Both the position numbers and the translations under genes were made by a program. Below, piece after piece: positions 34,420 to 43,984 of a stretch of 64,000 nucleotides of DNA (its first letter is position 1; every line of letters begins with the position of its first letter). Source of the DNA: Bdellovibrionota bacterium (GTDB lineage Bacteria > Bdellovibrionota > Bdellovibrionia > Bdellovibrionales > Bdellovibrionaceae); the NCBI GenBank assembly GCA_038043185.1, contig JBBTCO010000003.1, positions 1,484 to 65,483 of the forward strand, in the 5' to 3' direction. Under the pieces are notes generated by a model. That model did no database searches. It had not been told where the DNA came from and worked only from the letters and a program-made list of their open reading frames with translations.

Positions 34420-34476
34420 AATTTATTTAAAGGAGGATTAATAATGGAAAAAGAAACTGGAAACCAGGAGGAAAAA

Positions 34477-34713
34477 ATGTCTATTCACCCCAAAGTAAAA
34501 GATATCATCGTCGAGCAATTGGGCGTTGATCCGGAAAAAGTTAAAGCTGAAGCTTCGTTTATTGATGATTTGGGCGCTGACAGCCTGGATATCGTTGAAC
34601 TTGTTATGGCTATGGAAGAGGAATTCGATATTGAAATTCCTGATGAAGACGCTGAAAAGTTAAAAACTGTTCAAGACGTTGCTTCATACCTTGAGAAAAA
34701 AGGAAAAGCCTAA
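34477..34713 (+). CDS. acpP: acyl carrier protein
   Basis: The ATG at 34477 is preceded by [25 protein letters not shown] contains the phosphopantetheine Ser. The listed 34444 start adds 11 unlikely residues. Confidence 0.93.
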   Translation: MSIHPKVKDIIVEQLGVDPEKVKAEASFIDDLGADSLDIVELVMAMEEEFDIEIPDEDAEKLKTVQDVASYLEKKGKA

Positions 34714-34718
34714 TTTTT

Positions 34719-35987
34719 ATGAACTCTCGATTCGAGCGAGCGCCTCGCCCTAATAAAAGAGTCGTCGTTACAGGTGTTGGAGTTGTAAGCCCTCTTGGGC
34801 TTAACATTGAAGATACCTGGAAGAATGCACTGAAAGGGCAAAGTGGTATAAAAAAAATTACCAAGTTTGACACCACAGGTTTTGACGTCACTTTTGCCGG
34901 AGAAGTTCAGGGATTTAATCCCGACCCTTGGATCGAGAAAAAAGAACAAAAGAAAATGGATACCTTTATCCATTATGCCTTAGCTTGCACAAAAATGACT
35001 TTGCAAATGGCCAATCTTGAAATTACTGAAAGTTTGGCTCCCCGTACAGGCGTTATTATCGGCGTGGGTATTGGGGGACTTCCTTTCATTGAAGAGCAAT
35101 GGTCTAAACTCAAAGAAAAAGGGCCTGGTCGAATCAGTCCTTTCTTTATTCCTGCTGTAATTACAAATTTAGCAGCAGGTCAGGTCAGCATAGCCATTGG
35201 CGCAAAAGGCCCAAATTACTCGATAACCTCAGCCTGCGCTTCTGGAATTCATTCCATTGGTGAAGCTTACAATTATATTCGCAATGATCTATGTGACGTC
35301 ATGCTTACGGGTGGATCTGAAGCCACTGTCTGTCAATTGGCCGTTGGTGGCTTCGCAGCTATGCGAGCACTTTCGACTCGAAATGATTCTCCGGAAACAG
35401 CCAGCCGTCCTTGGGATAAAGATCGTGATGGTTTTGTTTTAGGCGAAGGTTGCGGCATGTTGTGCTTAGAATCTTTGGAGCATGCTGAAAAACGTGGCGC
35501 TAATATTTTGTGTGAAATTACTGGTTACGGAGTTTCCTCTGATGCCAACCATTTCACAGCTCCAGCCCCTGAGCACGAAGGTGGACAACGGGCTATGATT
35601 ATGGCTCTTAAGGATGCTGAGCTCACTCCAGATAAAATAAATTACATCAATGCACATGCGACCTCCACTCCAATTGGGGATGGATTAGAAAGTCTTGCCG
35701 TAAAAAGAGTCTTTGGCGATTCCGCAAAAAAAGTATGGATATCCGGCACTAAATCAATGACTGGACATCTGCTTGGTGCCGCTGGTGCTTTAGAAAGTGT
35801 CTTTTGTGTGATGAGCATCAAAGAACAAATCGTGCTACCGACGATCAACCTGAAAAATCCAAGCGATGATTGCGATTTAGATTATGTTCCTGGGGAAGCC
35901 CGCGCTGGAAAAATAATTCATGTATTAAATAATAGTTTTGGATTTGGTGGAACTAACGGTTCATTGATTTTTTCTAAGTTGAGTTAA
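34719..35987 (+). CDS. fabF: 3-oxoacyl-ACP synthase II
   Basis: RVVVTGVG, active-site SACASG, HATSTPIGD and GHLLGAAG motifs. Confidence 0.92.
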   Translation: MNSRFERAPRPNKRVVVTGVGVVSPLGLNIEDTWKNALKGQSGIKKITKFDTTGFDVTFAGEVQGFNPDPWIEKKEQKKMDTFIHYALACTKMTLQMANLEITESLAPRTGVIIGVGIGGLPFIEEQWSKLKEKGPGRISPFFIPAVITNLAAGQVSIAIGAKGPNYSITSACASGIHSIGEAYNYIRNDLCDVMLTGGSEATVCQLAVGGFAAMRALSTRNDSPETASRPWDKDRDGFVLGEGCGMLCLESLEHAEKRGANILCEITGYGVSSDANHFTAPAPEHEGGQRAMIMALKDAELTPDKINYINAHATSTPIGDGLESLAVKRVFGDSAKKVWISGTKSMTGHLLGAAGALESVFCVMSIKEQIVLPTINLKNPSDDCDLDYVPGEARAGKIIHVLNNSFGFGGTNGSLIFSKLS

Positions 35988-35989
35988 CT

Positions 35990-36430
35990 ATGATTTTTAT
36001 TGCTGCCGATCATGCCGGCTTAGACTTAAAAAATGAATTGATTCAATCACTCCCCGCCATCCCATGGAAAGATCTTGGCCCCTTTAATAAGGACTCTGTT
36101 GATTATCCCGATTTTGCAGATCTCGTTTGTCAGAAGCTAACCACTCAGTGGAATGCTGATAATTTTGGCGTGCTTATTTGTGGTTCAGCACAAGGCATGG
36201 CAATGAGAGCCAATAAATATCCTCATATTCGAGCAGCTTTAGTGTGGAACCGGGAAATAGCTCAGTTATCTCGAGAACATAATGATGCGAATGTTCTGTG
36301 TCTTCCGGCGCGATTCATTTCACCCGAAGAAGCCACCGCGTGTTTTAATGCGTTTCAGAAAACGAATTTTGCTCAAGGACGCCACAGCCAAAGAGTTGCT
36401 AAACTCAACAAATCCACTCATACTTCTTAG
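35990..36430 (+). CDS. rpiB: ribose-5-phosphate isomerase B
   Basis: IAADHAG, LICGSAQGMAMRANK and ANVLCLPARF motifs of the RpiB/LacAB family. Confidence 0.88.
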   Translation: MIFIAADHAGLDLKNELIQSLPAIPWKDLGPFNKDSVDYPDFADLVCQKLTTQWNADNFGVLICGSAQGMAMRANKYPHIRAALVWNREIAQLSREHNDANVLCLPARFISPEEATACFNAFQKTNFAQGRHSQRVAKLNKSTHTS

Positions 36431-36472
36431 GATCTGACCTCATTTGGTCCAAAAAAAATTGAGGAGTTTCAT

Positions 36473-37729
36473 TTGAAAAATTCTTTAAGCGGGCCTTTGT
36501 CCGAAGTTGATCCTGAAATTTATAAAATTATTCAACACGAAGAAGTCCGTCAAAAAGAGGGACTCGAAATGATTGCTTCTGAAAACTACACATCAAGAGC
36601 AGTTATGGAAGCTCAAGGTTCGGTCTTAACTAATAAATACGCCGAGGGTTACCCAGGAAAACGTTATTATGGTGGCTGCCATAATGTGGATGAATCCGAG
36701 ACTTTGGCCATCGAGCGGGTTAAAAAAATATTTTCTTGTTCCTTTGCTAATGTTCAAGCTCATAGTGGATCCCAAGCAAACCAGGCTGTGTTTATGGCTG
36801 CGATGCAAGCTGGAGATAAACTTTTAGGCATGGATCTTTCCCATGGTGGCCACTTAACTCATGGATCCCCGGTGAATGTGAGCGGCTTAATCTACAAAGC
36901 GAGCTCTTACAAATTAGATCCCGAGACCGGCAGATTGAACTACGACAGTATCCGAAAGACGGCCCAAGAAGTTCGTCCAAAACTGATCATCGCTGGTTAC
37001 AGCGCTTATCCCCGCTTTTTGGATTTTAATAAATTTAAAGAAATTGCCAATGATGTTGGCGCCCAATTGATGGTGGACATGGCTCACTTTGCAGGCTTAG
37101 TGGCCTCGGGACATCATCCCTCGCCTTTTCCTGTGGCTGATTATGTGACCAGCACCACTCATAAAACATTACGAGGTCCACGGGGTGGAATTATTCTGAC
37201 CAACACCGAAGAAAAATCAAAAATTATAAACTCAAGAATTTTTCCTGGCATTCAGGGCGGCCCTTTGGAACATGTAATTGCCGCCAAAGCCGTAGCCTTC
37301 GGTGAAATTTTGCGACCCGATTTTAAAATCTATATCGATCATGTTGTTAAAAATGCCAAGGCTCTGGCAGAGGAACTTTTGTCACAAGGATTTAGCTTGG
37401 TGACGGGCGGGACTGATAATCATTTATTATTGATGGATCTTAGCGCTTCTGAAGTTACCGGAAAATTGGCTGAAACAATTTTAGATGAAGCTGGAATTAC
37501 CGTTAATAAAAACACAGTTCCAAATGAAAAAAGATCTCCTTTTGTAACCAGCGGAATTCGTATTGGCACCCCAGCCTTGACCACTCGTGGAATGAAACTT
37601 CCCGAAATGAAAATCATCGCACGATGGATATCACAAATTCTAAAAAATCCAGAAGACCAAAATTTGCGCAGAAAAATTAAAGCGGAGGTTAAAGCTTTAG
37701 GTCAGGATTTTCCCCTATACGATAAATAG
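36473..37729 (+). CDS. glyA: serine hydroxymethyltransferase
   Basis: Motifs: [27 protein letters not shown] and [14 protein letters not shown] (PLP Lys). TTG start. Confidence 0.95.
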   Translation: MKNSLSGPLSEVDPEIYKIIQHEEVRQKEGLEMIASENYTSRAVMEAQGSVLTNKYAEGYPGKRYYGGCHNVDESETLAIERVKKIFSCSFANVQAHSGSQANQAVFMAAMQAGDKLLGMDLSHGGHLTHGSPVNVSGLIYKASSYKLDPETGRLNYDSIRKTAQEVRPKLIIAGYSAYPRFLDFNKFKEIANDVGAQLMVDMAHFAGLVASGHHPSPFPVADYVTSTTHKTLRGPRGGIILTNTEEKSKIINSRIFPGIQGGPLEHVIAAKAVAFGEILRPDFKIYIDHVVKNAKALAEELLSQGFSLVTGGTDNHLLLMDLSASEVTGKLAETILDEAGITVNKNTVPNEKRSPFVTSGIRIGTPALTTRGMKLPEMKIIARWISQILKNPEDQNLRRKIKAEVKALGQDFPLYDK

Positions 37730-37820
37730 TTCTATTTCAGAAAAAACTCGACCTTTGGCGGGTTTCTAAAATGGCGATTATAGTACAGACTTAAAAAAGC
37801 AAAAAGGGAGCTTTAATTTG

Positions 37821-38372
37821 ATGAATTTAAAAACCTTATTTTTAGTTGTTTCCTTATTATATATTTCGGCTTGCACAACTTCCAATCATGCCTCTTCAAG
37901 TGGTGAAGAAAACTTAAATCAGCAATCCTATTCAAATGATAACTTAACAAGTCCACCAAAGACTTTTACTTTTGATTGGCCAGTTAACGAAGCTCGCTTA
38001 ACCCGTGGATTTTTACCAAACAAACGAAGGCCACATCTTGGACTTGACCTTGCCGCACCCAAAGGAACAAAAATTTTAGCCTCTCATGATGGGATGGTTA
38101 TCTATGCTGGTCGTGCTTTTAAAGGCTTCGGAAAAATGATTCTTTTAGAATCGGGTTATGGCTGGGCTACTATATATGGTCATTTAGACAAGATCAGCGT
38201 CCGCGAAGGACAGCTTCTAAAGCAGGGCCAAGTTTTAGGGCTTATGGGAAGAACCGGAAGATCCACCGGAGTTCATTTGCATTTCGAGATTCGTAGAAAC
38301 AAGGGGCCGGTTGATCCACTCCCCTTGTTACCTAACAGCGAAAAAGTTGCTCAGAAAGTCGCTAAGAAATAG
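37821..38372 (+). CDS. M23 family metallopeptidase lipoprotein
   Basis: Signal/lipobox LLYISAC. Motifs HLGLDLAAPKGT and GRSTGVHLHFEIR (the HxH motif of LytM/M23). Confidence 0.88.
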   Translation: MNLKTLFLVVSLLYISACTTSNHASSSGEENLNQQSYSNDNLTSPPKTFTFDWPVNEARLTRGFLPNKRRPHLGLDLAAPKGTKILASHDGMVIYAGRAFKGFGKMILLESGYGWATIYGHLDKISVREGQLLKQGQVLGLMGRTGRSTGVHLHFEIRRNKGPVDPLPLLPNSEKVAQKVAKK

Positions 38373-38374
38373 GG

Positions 38375-38388
38375 GGGGGCAAGCCCCC
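38375..38388. terminator. short GC hairpin between convergent stops (possible bidirectional terminator)
   Basis: GGGGG-CAAG-CCCCC lies in the 21-nt gap between the stops at 38372 (+) and 38394 (-). The T-tract is weak. Confidence 0.35.
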
Positions 38389-38393
38389 TTAAC

Positions 38394-39359
38394 TTACAAC
38401 AGATTGATATTAGCTGAAAGACCAACGTTTGTTCGCTCTGCACGAACATCATTTGGAACAAATTGTACGTTTGGATATAAATAGAAATCACGTGTTACGC
38501 TGATTCCGATTCCCATCGATTGATATGGGGTTGCTTCGCTAAATGAAGAAGCTGCTAATGTCTTTTCATAGTTGAAATATCCAAAGACAGTTCGGAAAGA
38601 AAGTTTATCGGTGAATCCATATTCTGCGAAAGGATAAATGCCCAATGAGTATTCTGTTTTATCTTCAACTTTGTTTGAATAAGGATTAAAAAAAGTTTCT
38701 TTAGAATCAGCATAGCCCTCACGAGATATCGCAACAGATATCCCACCTGAAAGTCGGCCAGAATCTAGAATCACAGTTTGATCAACGCCAAGGCTACCAG
38801 TTCCTTTACGAACATCAACATCGAATGATTCTGTGTAACCAGTCACGCTGGCACTGGAAACCATTTGCAAATCGCCAACTTTATAAGCGAAGTTACCTTC
38901 AAGGTAAGGATTTGAAATGTTAAAGTTTTCACTCTTAGAAGTTGCTTCATTAGAGGTGCGATGAAATGGTTTCATAACCGTGATACCAGTTCCAAGATTT
39001 AAACTTGTTCGATCAGTCATGCGATATTTCGCAGCAACATTCATATAAGAATAAACATCACTTCGAGTTCCAGTAGAAGAACGATAATTTGGTCTTTTCT
39101 CATCTAATGGTTTTTCTATCGAGCCACCTTGGTAAGCCATAGCTGTGCGGATACTCCATTTTGATTTTGAACCCAGCTGAGCGCGTAACTTTTTATTGGT
39201 GATTTCCTCGTCAGTATCTTTCAGATCTGAATTTGCAGGCTTCACTTCTGATTGTTTAACAGTTGATTGATTCGACTGTTGTTCTGATTCTGTTTGCGCC
39301 ATAGCAAAACTAGATAATCCCAGAACGGCCCCGATAATGACTAAGTTCATCTTTCCCAT
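38394..39359 (-). CDS. outer-membrane beta-barrel protein (hypothetical porin-like)
   Basis: Signal peptide MGKMNLVIIGAVLGLSSFAMA. Alternating beta-strand pattern rich in Y/G/S/T. Confidence 0.6.
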   Translation of the reverse strand: MGKMNLVIIGAVLGLSSFAMAQTESEQQSNQSTVKQSEVKPANSDLKDTDEEITNKKLRAQLGSKSKWSIRTAMAYQGGSIEKPLDEKRPNYRSSTGTRSDVYSYMNVAAKYRMTDRTSLNLGTGITVMKPFHRTSNEATSKSENFNISNPYLEGNFAYKVGDLQMVSSASVTGYTESFDVDVRKGTGSLGVDQTVILDSGRLSGGISVAISREGYADSKETFFNPYSNKVEDKTEYSLGIYPFAEYGFTDKLSFRTVFGYFNYEKTLAASSFSEATPYQSMGIGISVTRDFYLYPNVQFVPNDVRAERTNVGLSANINLL

Positions 39360-39479
39360 TTTTTCTCCTTAAAGTTTGTAAGAATTTCGCTGAGTTAAAG
39401 TCCTCGTACGAGACCGCGTGGTTATTCCATCAAATAGGAGGTTTTTCAATAGATAAGTGGGAAGCTTAGATAAAATTCC

Positions 39480-40124
39480 CTAAGATGGGGACTGGGAAGG
39501 CTTTCTTATTGCCGCTATTAGCAGCGGCAAAAACGACACAAGGATAACAGCGACAATAACATAGTGGAAATTACTCTTAATTTTAGGAATATTACCAAAG
39601 AAAAACCCTGCACCAATAAAGCTGGACATCCATAAAAGAGATCCAAGACAACTGAACAAAATGTACTTCTTAAGTGGCATGCGGGCGACTCCAGCTACAA
39701 AAGGGGCAAAAGTTCGAAAGATCGGCATAAAGCGGGCAAAGATAACTGCTCGAGCTCCGTAGTCCACGTAAAATCGTTGGGTGCTGACCAAGTGCTTTGG
39801 ATTGAAAAGAAGTGATTTTGGCCTTGTAAATATTTTAGGACCCACCGCCTGCCCTACCTGATAATTGACATTGTCGCCTAACACCGCAGCAAAGACCAGC
39901 AAGCACCAGACTGTCATCACATCTATGCCAGAGCTAGGAATGCTTGCCAAAGCGCCTACAGCGAAGAGCAAGGAGTCTCCAGGTAAAAAGGGCATAAAGA
40001 TAAGACCTGTTTCACAAAAAATGATGAGGAAAAGAATTAAATAGATCCAAGGCCCATAAGCGAGCGTGAGCTCGGCGAGGTGGACATCTAAGTGAAGAAA
40101 ATATTCTAAAATTGTTTGCAACAT
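39480..40124 (-). CDS. DedA family (VTT domain) membrane protein
   Basis: The ATG at 40124 gives MLQTILEYF... FCETGLIFMPFLPGDSLLFAVG is the DedA signature. Confidence 0.85.
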   Translation of the reverse strand: MLQTILEYFLHLDVHLAELTLAYGPWIYLILFLIIFCETGLIFMPFLPGDSLLFAVGALASIPSSGIDVMTVWCLLVFAAVLGDNVNYQVGQAVGPKIFTRPKSLLFNPKHLVSTQRFYVDYGARAVIFARFMPIFRTFAPFVAGVARMPLKKYILFSCLGSLLWMSSFIGAGFFFGNIPKIKSNFHYVIVAVILVSFLPLLIAAIRKPSQSPS

Positions 40125-40190
40125 GAAGAAAATAACTTTTGCAATATCGCCTGGAAATGTCAACAGCCGGAATCAAGGACAGGCCCTAAG

Positions 40191-40550
40191 TTATAATTTT
40201 AATTTATCGCACTCAAGATGGTAAGAGCGCACTCTTTCCGTCTTACTGTCGACATTCATTTGCAACGGGCACTGTGGCGAAGCCAATCTGAGCATCATTT
40301 GAACTTTTTCACAGGCTTCAACACTGACAAATTTAAAAGCACCATGAGCCGATCTTAAGCGGGGTTTTTCTTCGTCTTCACAGATCAAAAAACCTTTGGA
40401 TTTTTCCGAGCTTTTCGCTTTCGCGTTCCATACGATGGCGTGGTCAGGAATTTCAATTCCTAACTCTTGGGGCGTAACCATCATGTACTTAGCGGCAAAG
40501 GCTTGGCTGCTTATTAAAACTAATATTTGTATGAACATAAACACTTTCAT
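40191..40550 (-). CDS. small secreted Cys-containing protein, unknown function
   Basis: The ATG at 40550 is preceded by GGAGG. Signal peptide MKVFMFIQILVLISSQAFA. The listed 40649 start is an unsupported extension. Confidence 0.5.
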   Translation of the reverse strand: MKVFMFIQILVLISSQAFAAKYMMVTPQELGIEIPDHAIVWNAKAKSSEKSKGFLICEDEEKPRLRSAHGAFKFVSVEACEKVQMMLRLASPQCPLQMNVDSKTERVRSYHLECDKLKL

Positions 40551-40813
40551 AAATCCTCCGAATTGCTTACTTCTAACAAGTCCAAGATTTGCGCCAAATC
40601 CGACCTTTTTGGCCCAAGCTAAGTTGCCGTGATCAAAAGCTAATCTCACAATGAGATTTTTTAAAAAGTGTGTTGTTTTGAGAAATACCCAAAAGTGACA
40701 ATTTTGCGTTGCTTGTGAACAAGCTGTGTTCAGAGAGAGACTGCCTATGGAGTTTAAATCACCGTCACCATTGGCATAATTGTCGCACTTTGAAGAGAAA
40801 AGGAATCAAGCCG

Positions 40814-41599
40814 ATGAAAACTTTATTTTTTATATCCTATTTATTTTTTACCCTCTATGGCTCAAATTCCTATTCGCAAGCAATTGAGCCATTAGATACA
40901 ACTGAAATTAAAATCCCCACAACTTTGTATACTTGGGTTTCATTAGAACGCTTTAGAGGCATATTAGAGGACTTTGCGAAGGGAAATGCCATCCTTCGCC
41001 CCATTGATCCAAAGTACCACGTCGCTAAAACTAACCCCGATCTTGCAAATATTCCTGCTCGATTTTTCTGGACAGATCCAATGACAGGAATAGCGAGCAG
41101 CCCAAAAGAAATTTATGGACGAGGCGAGGTCCTTATGCGTTTTGACTTGGATCCAAAAAAAATAAAATCTGTTTCTAATATAGAAGCCCTTCCGACTCAA
41201 GCCACCAGAGATGTTGATATTAAGAAAGCCAAAAAGGGGGATCTTGTTTATTTCGGAATGTACGGTATCACCGAACAAGGTGAATATTATTTATCCTATC
41301 AGGAATGGATCCTGCTCAATCAAAATATTATTAAAAAAATAAGTGCCGATCCGCAGGAATTGATCCCTGTCCTTAAAGAAAAATTAGCTAAAATGGACCG
41401 ATTGAGTAAAAATGGAAAGCCAGTCAAATACCCTGAAAATCAAATTCATAACGTCAAGGCCAACTTACCTAACCAACAAAAAGACTTTTTAAGAGAGATC
41501 ATCCAAACATATATCGATGTTCACGCACCGGCGATACAAAATATTTTACAGCAACAACCTTTAAGCTCTGGCTCTTGCCGCCGCACCTTTACGAACTAG
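40814..41599 (+). CDS. secreted protein, unknown function
   Basis: The ATG at 40814 is preceded by AAGGAA. Signal peptide MKTLFFISYLFFTLYGSNSYSQA. Confidence 0.5.
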   Translation: MKTLFFISYLFFTLYGSNSYSQAIEPLDTTEIKIPTTLYTWVSLERFRGILEDFAKGNAILRPIDPKYHVAKTNPDLANIPARFFWTDPMTGIASSPKEIYGRGEVLMRFDLDPKKIKSVSNIEALPTQATRDVDIKKAKKGDLVYFGMYGITEQGEYYLSYQEWILLNQNIIKKISADPQELIPVLKEKLAKMDRLSKNGKPVKYPENQIHNVKANLPNQQKDFLREIIQTYIDVHAPAIQNILQQQPLSSGSCRRTFTN

Positions 41600-41607
41600 G
41601 TTGTCTC

Positions 41608-42792
41608 CTAAAAATCCCCTAATTTTCTTAACTCTTCCAGTCGGTTTTTTACTTCAACTGGAATAAAGACCCCAGCGCTGCCTGAATAGTCCAAAGCTAA
41701 ACTTTCTTCAAGTTTTTCGAAGCATTTTTTGGCCCACGGGTTTTTGGGATTGCGCCGGATGCAAGTTTCAAAATACTTTTCATCCAGATTTAAAAACAAA
41801 CTGCTCTCGGTTTCTGAGTAGGCCAAACCAAGTAGATACATAATTTCACTAAGTTCATCTTTTTTAAGTGGCTTTAAAAGCAAATCATGCAAATCGCTAA
41901 GACTTCGCAGGACCAAAACTTGACCCGCTAAGCTTCCGCCTTCAAAGCGTCGAACATTGGCCTGATCCAGTCTTTTTCGAATCGTCGTAACTGACAAATT
42001 TGTCTTTTTTTCCTTCTGCCAAGCTTTAACATCCGCTAACCAAAGATCTAAAGATCTCTTCAAGTAAAGTGGCAAGTTTCTGGCAGATTGCATGGATTTG
42101 ATAAACTTTTCTGTATGGTCTTGGCTTTTTTGAAAACGAACTGTGATCGCCATTGCGGATTGGGCGGCTTTCTCGGCTTTTAAAAAATCATTATATGAGT
42201 TATTCGAGTTCTTGAAATACTCGTTGTATAAATCGAGGGCTTTATCAAAATTTCTAACTGCCGTTAGATATTCTGCTCTTTCAAGTACGCTTAAGGTTTG
42301 CAACTTCTGTGATAACTTTTCAGATCCAAAAGAAGGTCCATAAGAATTACGGGTGTGACATTCAATACAATAAGAAGACAGATGAAGAACGTTGAAACGA
42401 GCAAATTCTTTCTTTTTATCGACAAAACTAGACCACGTCATATCCATCTGTTCTTTGAAATCAATCGAGATAAATTGCAAACTTGGATCTGAAATTTGCG
42501 CCATCGGGCTGTGGTTTACGTCTCGTGCCAAATCACGAATGATTTTTAAATTCGCTTCGATTTTCTTTTCATTTGCGGGATTATGAAACTGGGATGAATC
42601 AAAAGCCAAAGGGTAAAGTTCATTCAAGGCCGATTCCAGCGACTGCATTTGATTTTTCCAACTGGCCCCTCCCGGGACATCAGCAGCGACTATCACCCCC
42701 GCATCCGTTTTTTTTTGTTCCTGAACGCAGGAAATAACGAGAAGACTAACCATAAAAATATAAAATGCTGGAAAAATAATTTGAGCTTTCAC
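41608..42792 (-). CDS. putative lipoprotein with a single CXXCH motif and helical-repeat body
   Basis: The GTG at 42792 is preceded by AAGGAG and gives (M)KAQIIFPAFYIFMVSLLVISC. There is one heme-c-type motif, CIECH. The N-terminal 77 residues of the listed ORF overlap the patatin gene and look non-coding. Confidence 0.45.
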   Translation of the reverse strand: MKAQIIFPAFYIFMVSLLVISCVQEQKKTDAGVIVAADVPGGASWKNQMQSLESALNELYPLAFDSSQFHNPANEKKIEANLKIIRDLARDVNHSPMAQISDPSLQFISIDFKEQMDMTWSSFVDKKKEFARFNVLHLSSYCIECHTRNSYGPSFGSEKLSQKLQTLSVLERAEYLTAVRNFDKALDLYNEYFKNSNNSYNDFLKAEKAAQSAMAITVRFQKSQDHTEKFIKSMQSARNLPLYLKRSLDLWLADVKAWQKEKKTNLSVTTIRKRLDQANVRRFEGGSLAGQVLVLRSLSDLHDLLLKPLKKDELSEIMYLLGLAYSETESSLFLNLDEKYFETCIRRNPKNPWAKKCFEKLEESLALDYSGSAGVFIPVEVKNRLEELRKLGDF

Positions 42793-42841
42793 TAGTTCTC
42801 CTTTTAGAATATTCTGCAGGAGCAATGAACTGAGGTCAAAG

Positions 42842-43984
42842 CTGAAAACATCAAAAGCACAAATTGGACTTGTACTTTCAGGCGGTGGAGCTCGTGGCGC
42901 ATACCAAGTCGGCGTGCTTAACGCCATCTCACAGATTTTAATCGAAGAAAAAATCGACAGGTCTGTTGATATTATTTCTGGTGTCAGCGCTGGAGCCATT
43001 AATGCGACCATGCTTGCCGCCAATGCCCAAGATTTTCATCTAGCTGCAAAAAAACTTTCTGACCTTTGGAGTAAGATCACCGCTAATCAAGTTTTTTTCA
43101 CCGATGCTTTGCACATTGGAAAACTTGGTTTTAAATGGATGAGCGAGTTATCATTGGGGGGGCTGTCGGGCTCAAGCCCGGGTCGTTCACTTCTCGACAC
43201 CACTCCTTTAAGGTCTTTATTGAGCAACAACATCGCCTTTGATCAAATTCAAAGAAACCTTGATGAAGGGCATTTAAAAGCCTTGGCCCTTACCGCTATT
43301 GATTACCGAGATTCTACCGCTGTTACTTTTGTTCAGTCGAAAATGGAAAAGGGCTGGAAAAAAGCCCGACGCTATTCGGAGCCCGCGACAATCACCACTG
43401 AACACATTATGGCTTCCTCGGCAATTCCATTGCTGTTTCCACCTGTCAAAGTCGACACCCGATTTTTTGGCGACGGTTGCGTCCGGAACACTCACCCCTG
43501 CGGACCAAGTATTTATTTGGGCGCGCAAAAACTGATTGTTATCGGAGTTCGCTGCCAAAACGTCAATGCCACCGAGCGAGGCAATGCGCTTACCCGAGCG
43601 CCTAGCGTAGCCAGGGTCCTTAATATCCTCCTGAACGCTGTTCTTCTTGATGGCGTTGATCTGGATATCGAGCGCCTCGCGCGAGTGAATGATTTCATTC
43701 ACGGCGTACCTGCAGAACACCGGACAACAATCAATTACAAGGCTATAGACTACGCCTGGATTTCGCCTTCGATCGACATCGGAGAATTAGCATCGGCAAA
43801 AGCCCATCGTTTGCCAAGAATGATTCGTTATTTGATCAAAGGCCTAGGAACGCTCGAAGAAGCCCACGAGATTATCAGCTACTTGTTGTTTGATCCTGAT
43901 TTTTGCACTGAGCTGATTGATCTGGGTTTTCAGGATGGAATGAAACAACGCCAAGAAATTTTAGCCTTATTTACCGAAGATTAA
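42842..43984 (+). CDS. patatin-like phospholipase
   Basis: GxSxG (GVSAGAINA) and the Asp motif (FFGDGCVRN). The oxyanion motif LSGGGARGAY is encoded at 42875-42904, upstream of the listed GTG at 42914. The only in-frame candidate starts upstream are non-canonical; I chose the CTG at 42842 because GAGG lies 6 nt upstream. Confidence 0.75.
   Translation: MKTSKAQIGLVLSGGGARGAYQVGVLNAISQILIEEKIDRSVDIISGVSAGAINATMLAANAQDFHLAAKKLSDLWSKITANQVFFTDALHIGKLGFKWMSELSLGGLSGSSPGRSLLDTTPLRSLLSNNIAFDQIQRNLDEGHLKALALTAIDYRDSTAVTFVQSKMEKGWKKARRYSEPATITTEHIMASSAIPLLFPPVKVDTRFFGDGCVRNTHPCGPSIYLGAQKLIVIGVRCQNVNATERGNALTRAPSVARVLNILLNAVLLDGVDLDIERLARVNDFIHGVPAEHRTTINYKAIDYAWISPSIDIGELASAKAHRLPRMIRYLIKGLGTLEEAHEIISYLLFDPDFCTELIDLGFQDGMKQRQEILALFTED

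Noticed and set aside
40551-40813. Small hairpins (AATCTCA-CAA-TGAGATT followed by T-run; GCTTGT-GA-ACAAGC) as sRNA or terminator or operator
   Set aside because: They are short and isolated with no supporting context, so I cannot distinguish them from chance in AT-rich intergenic DNA.
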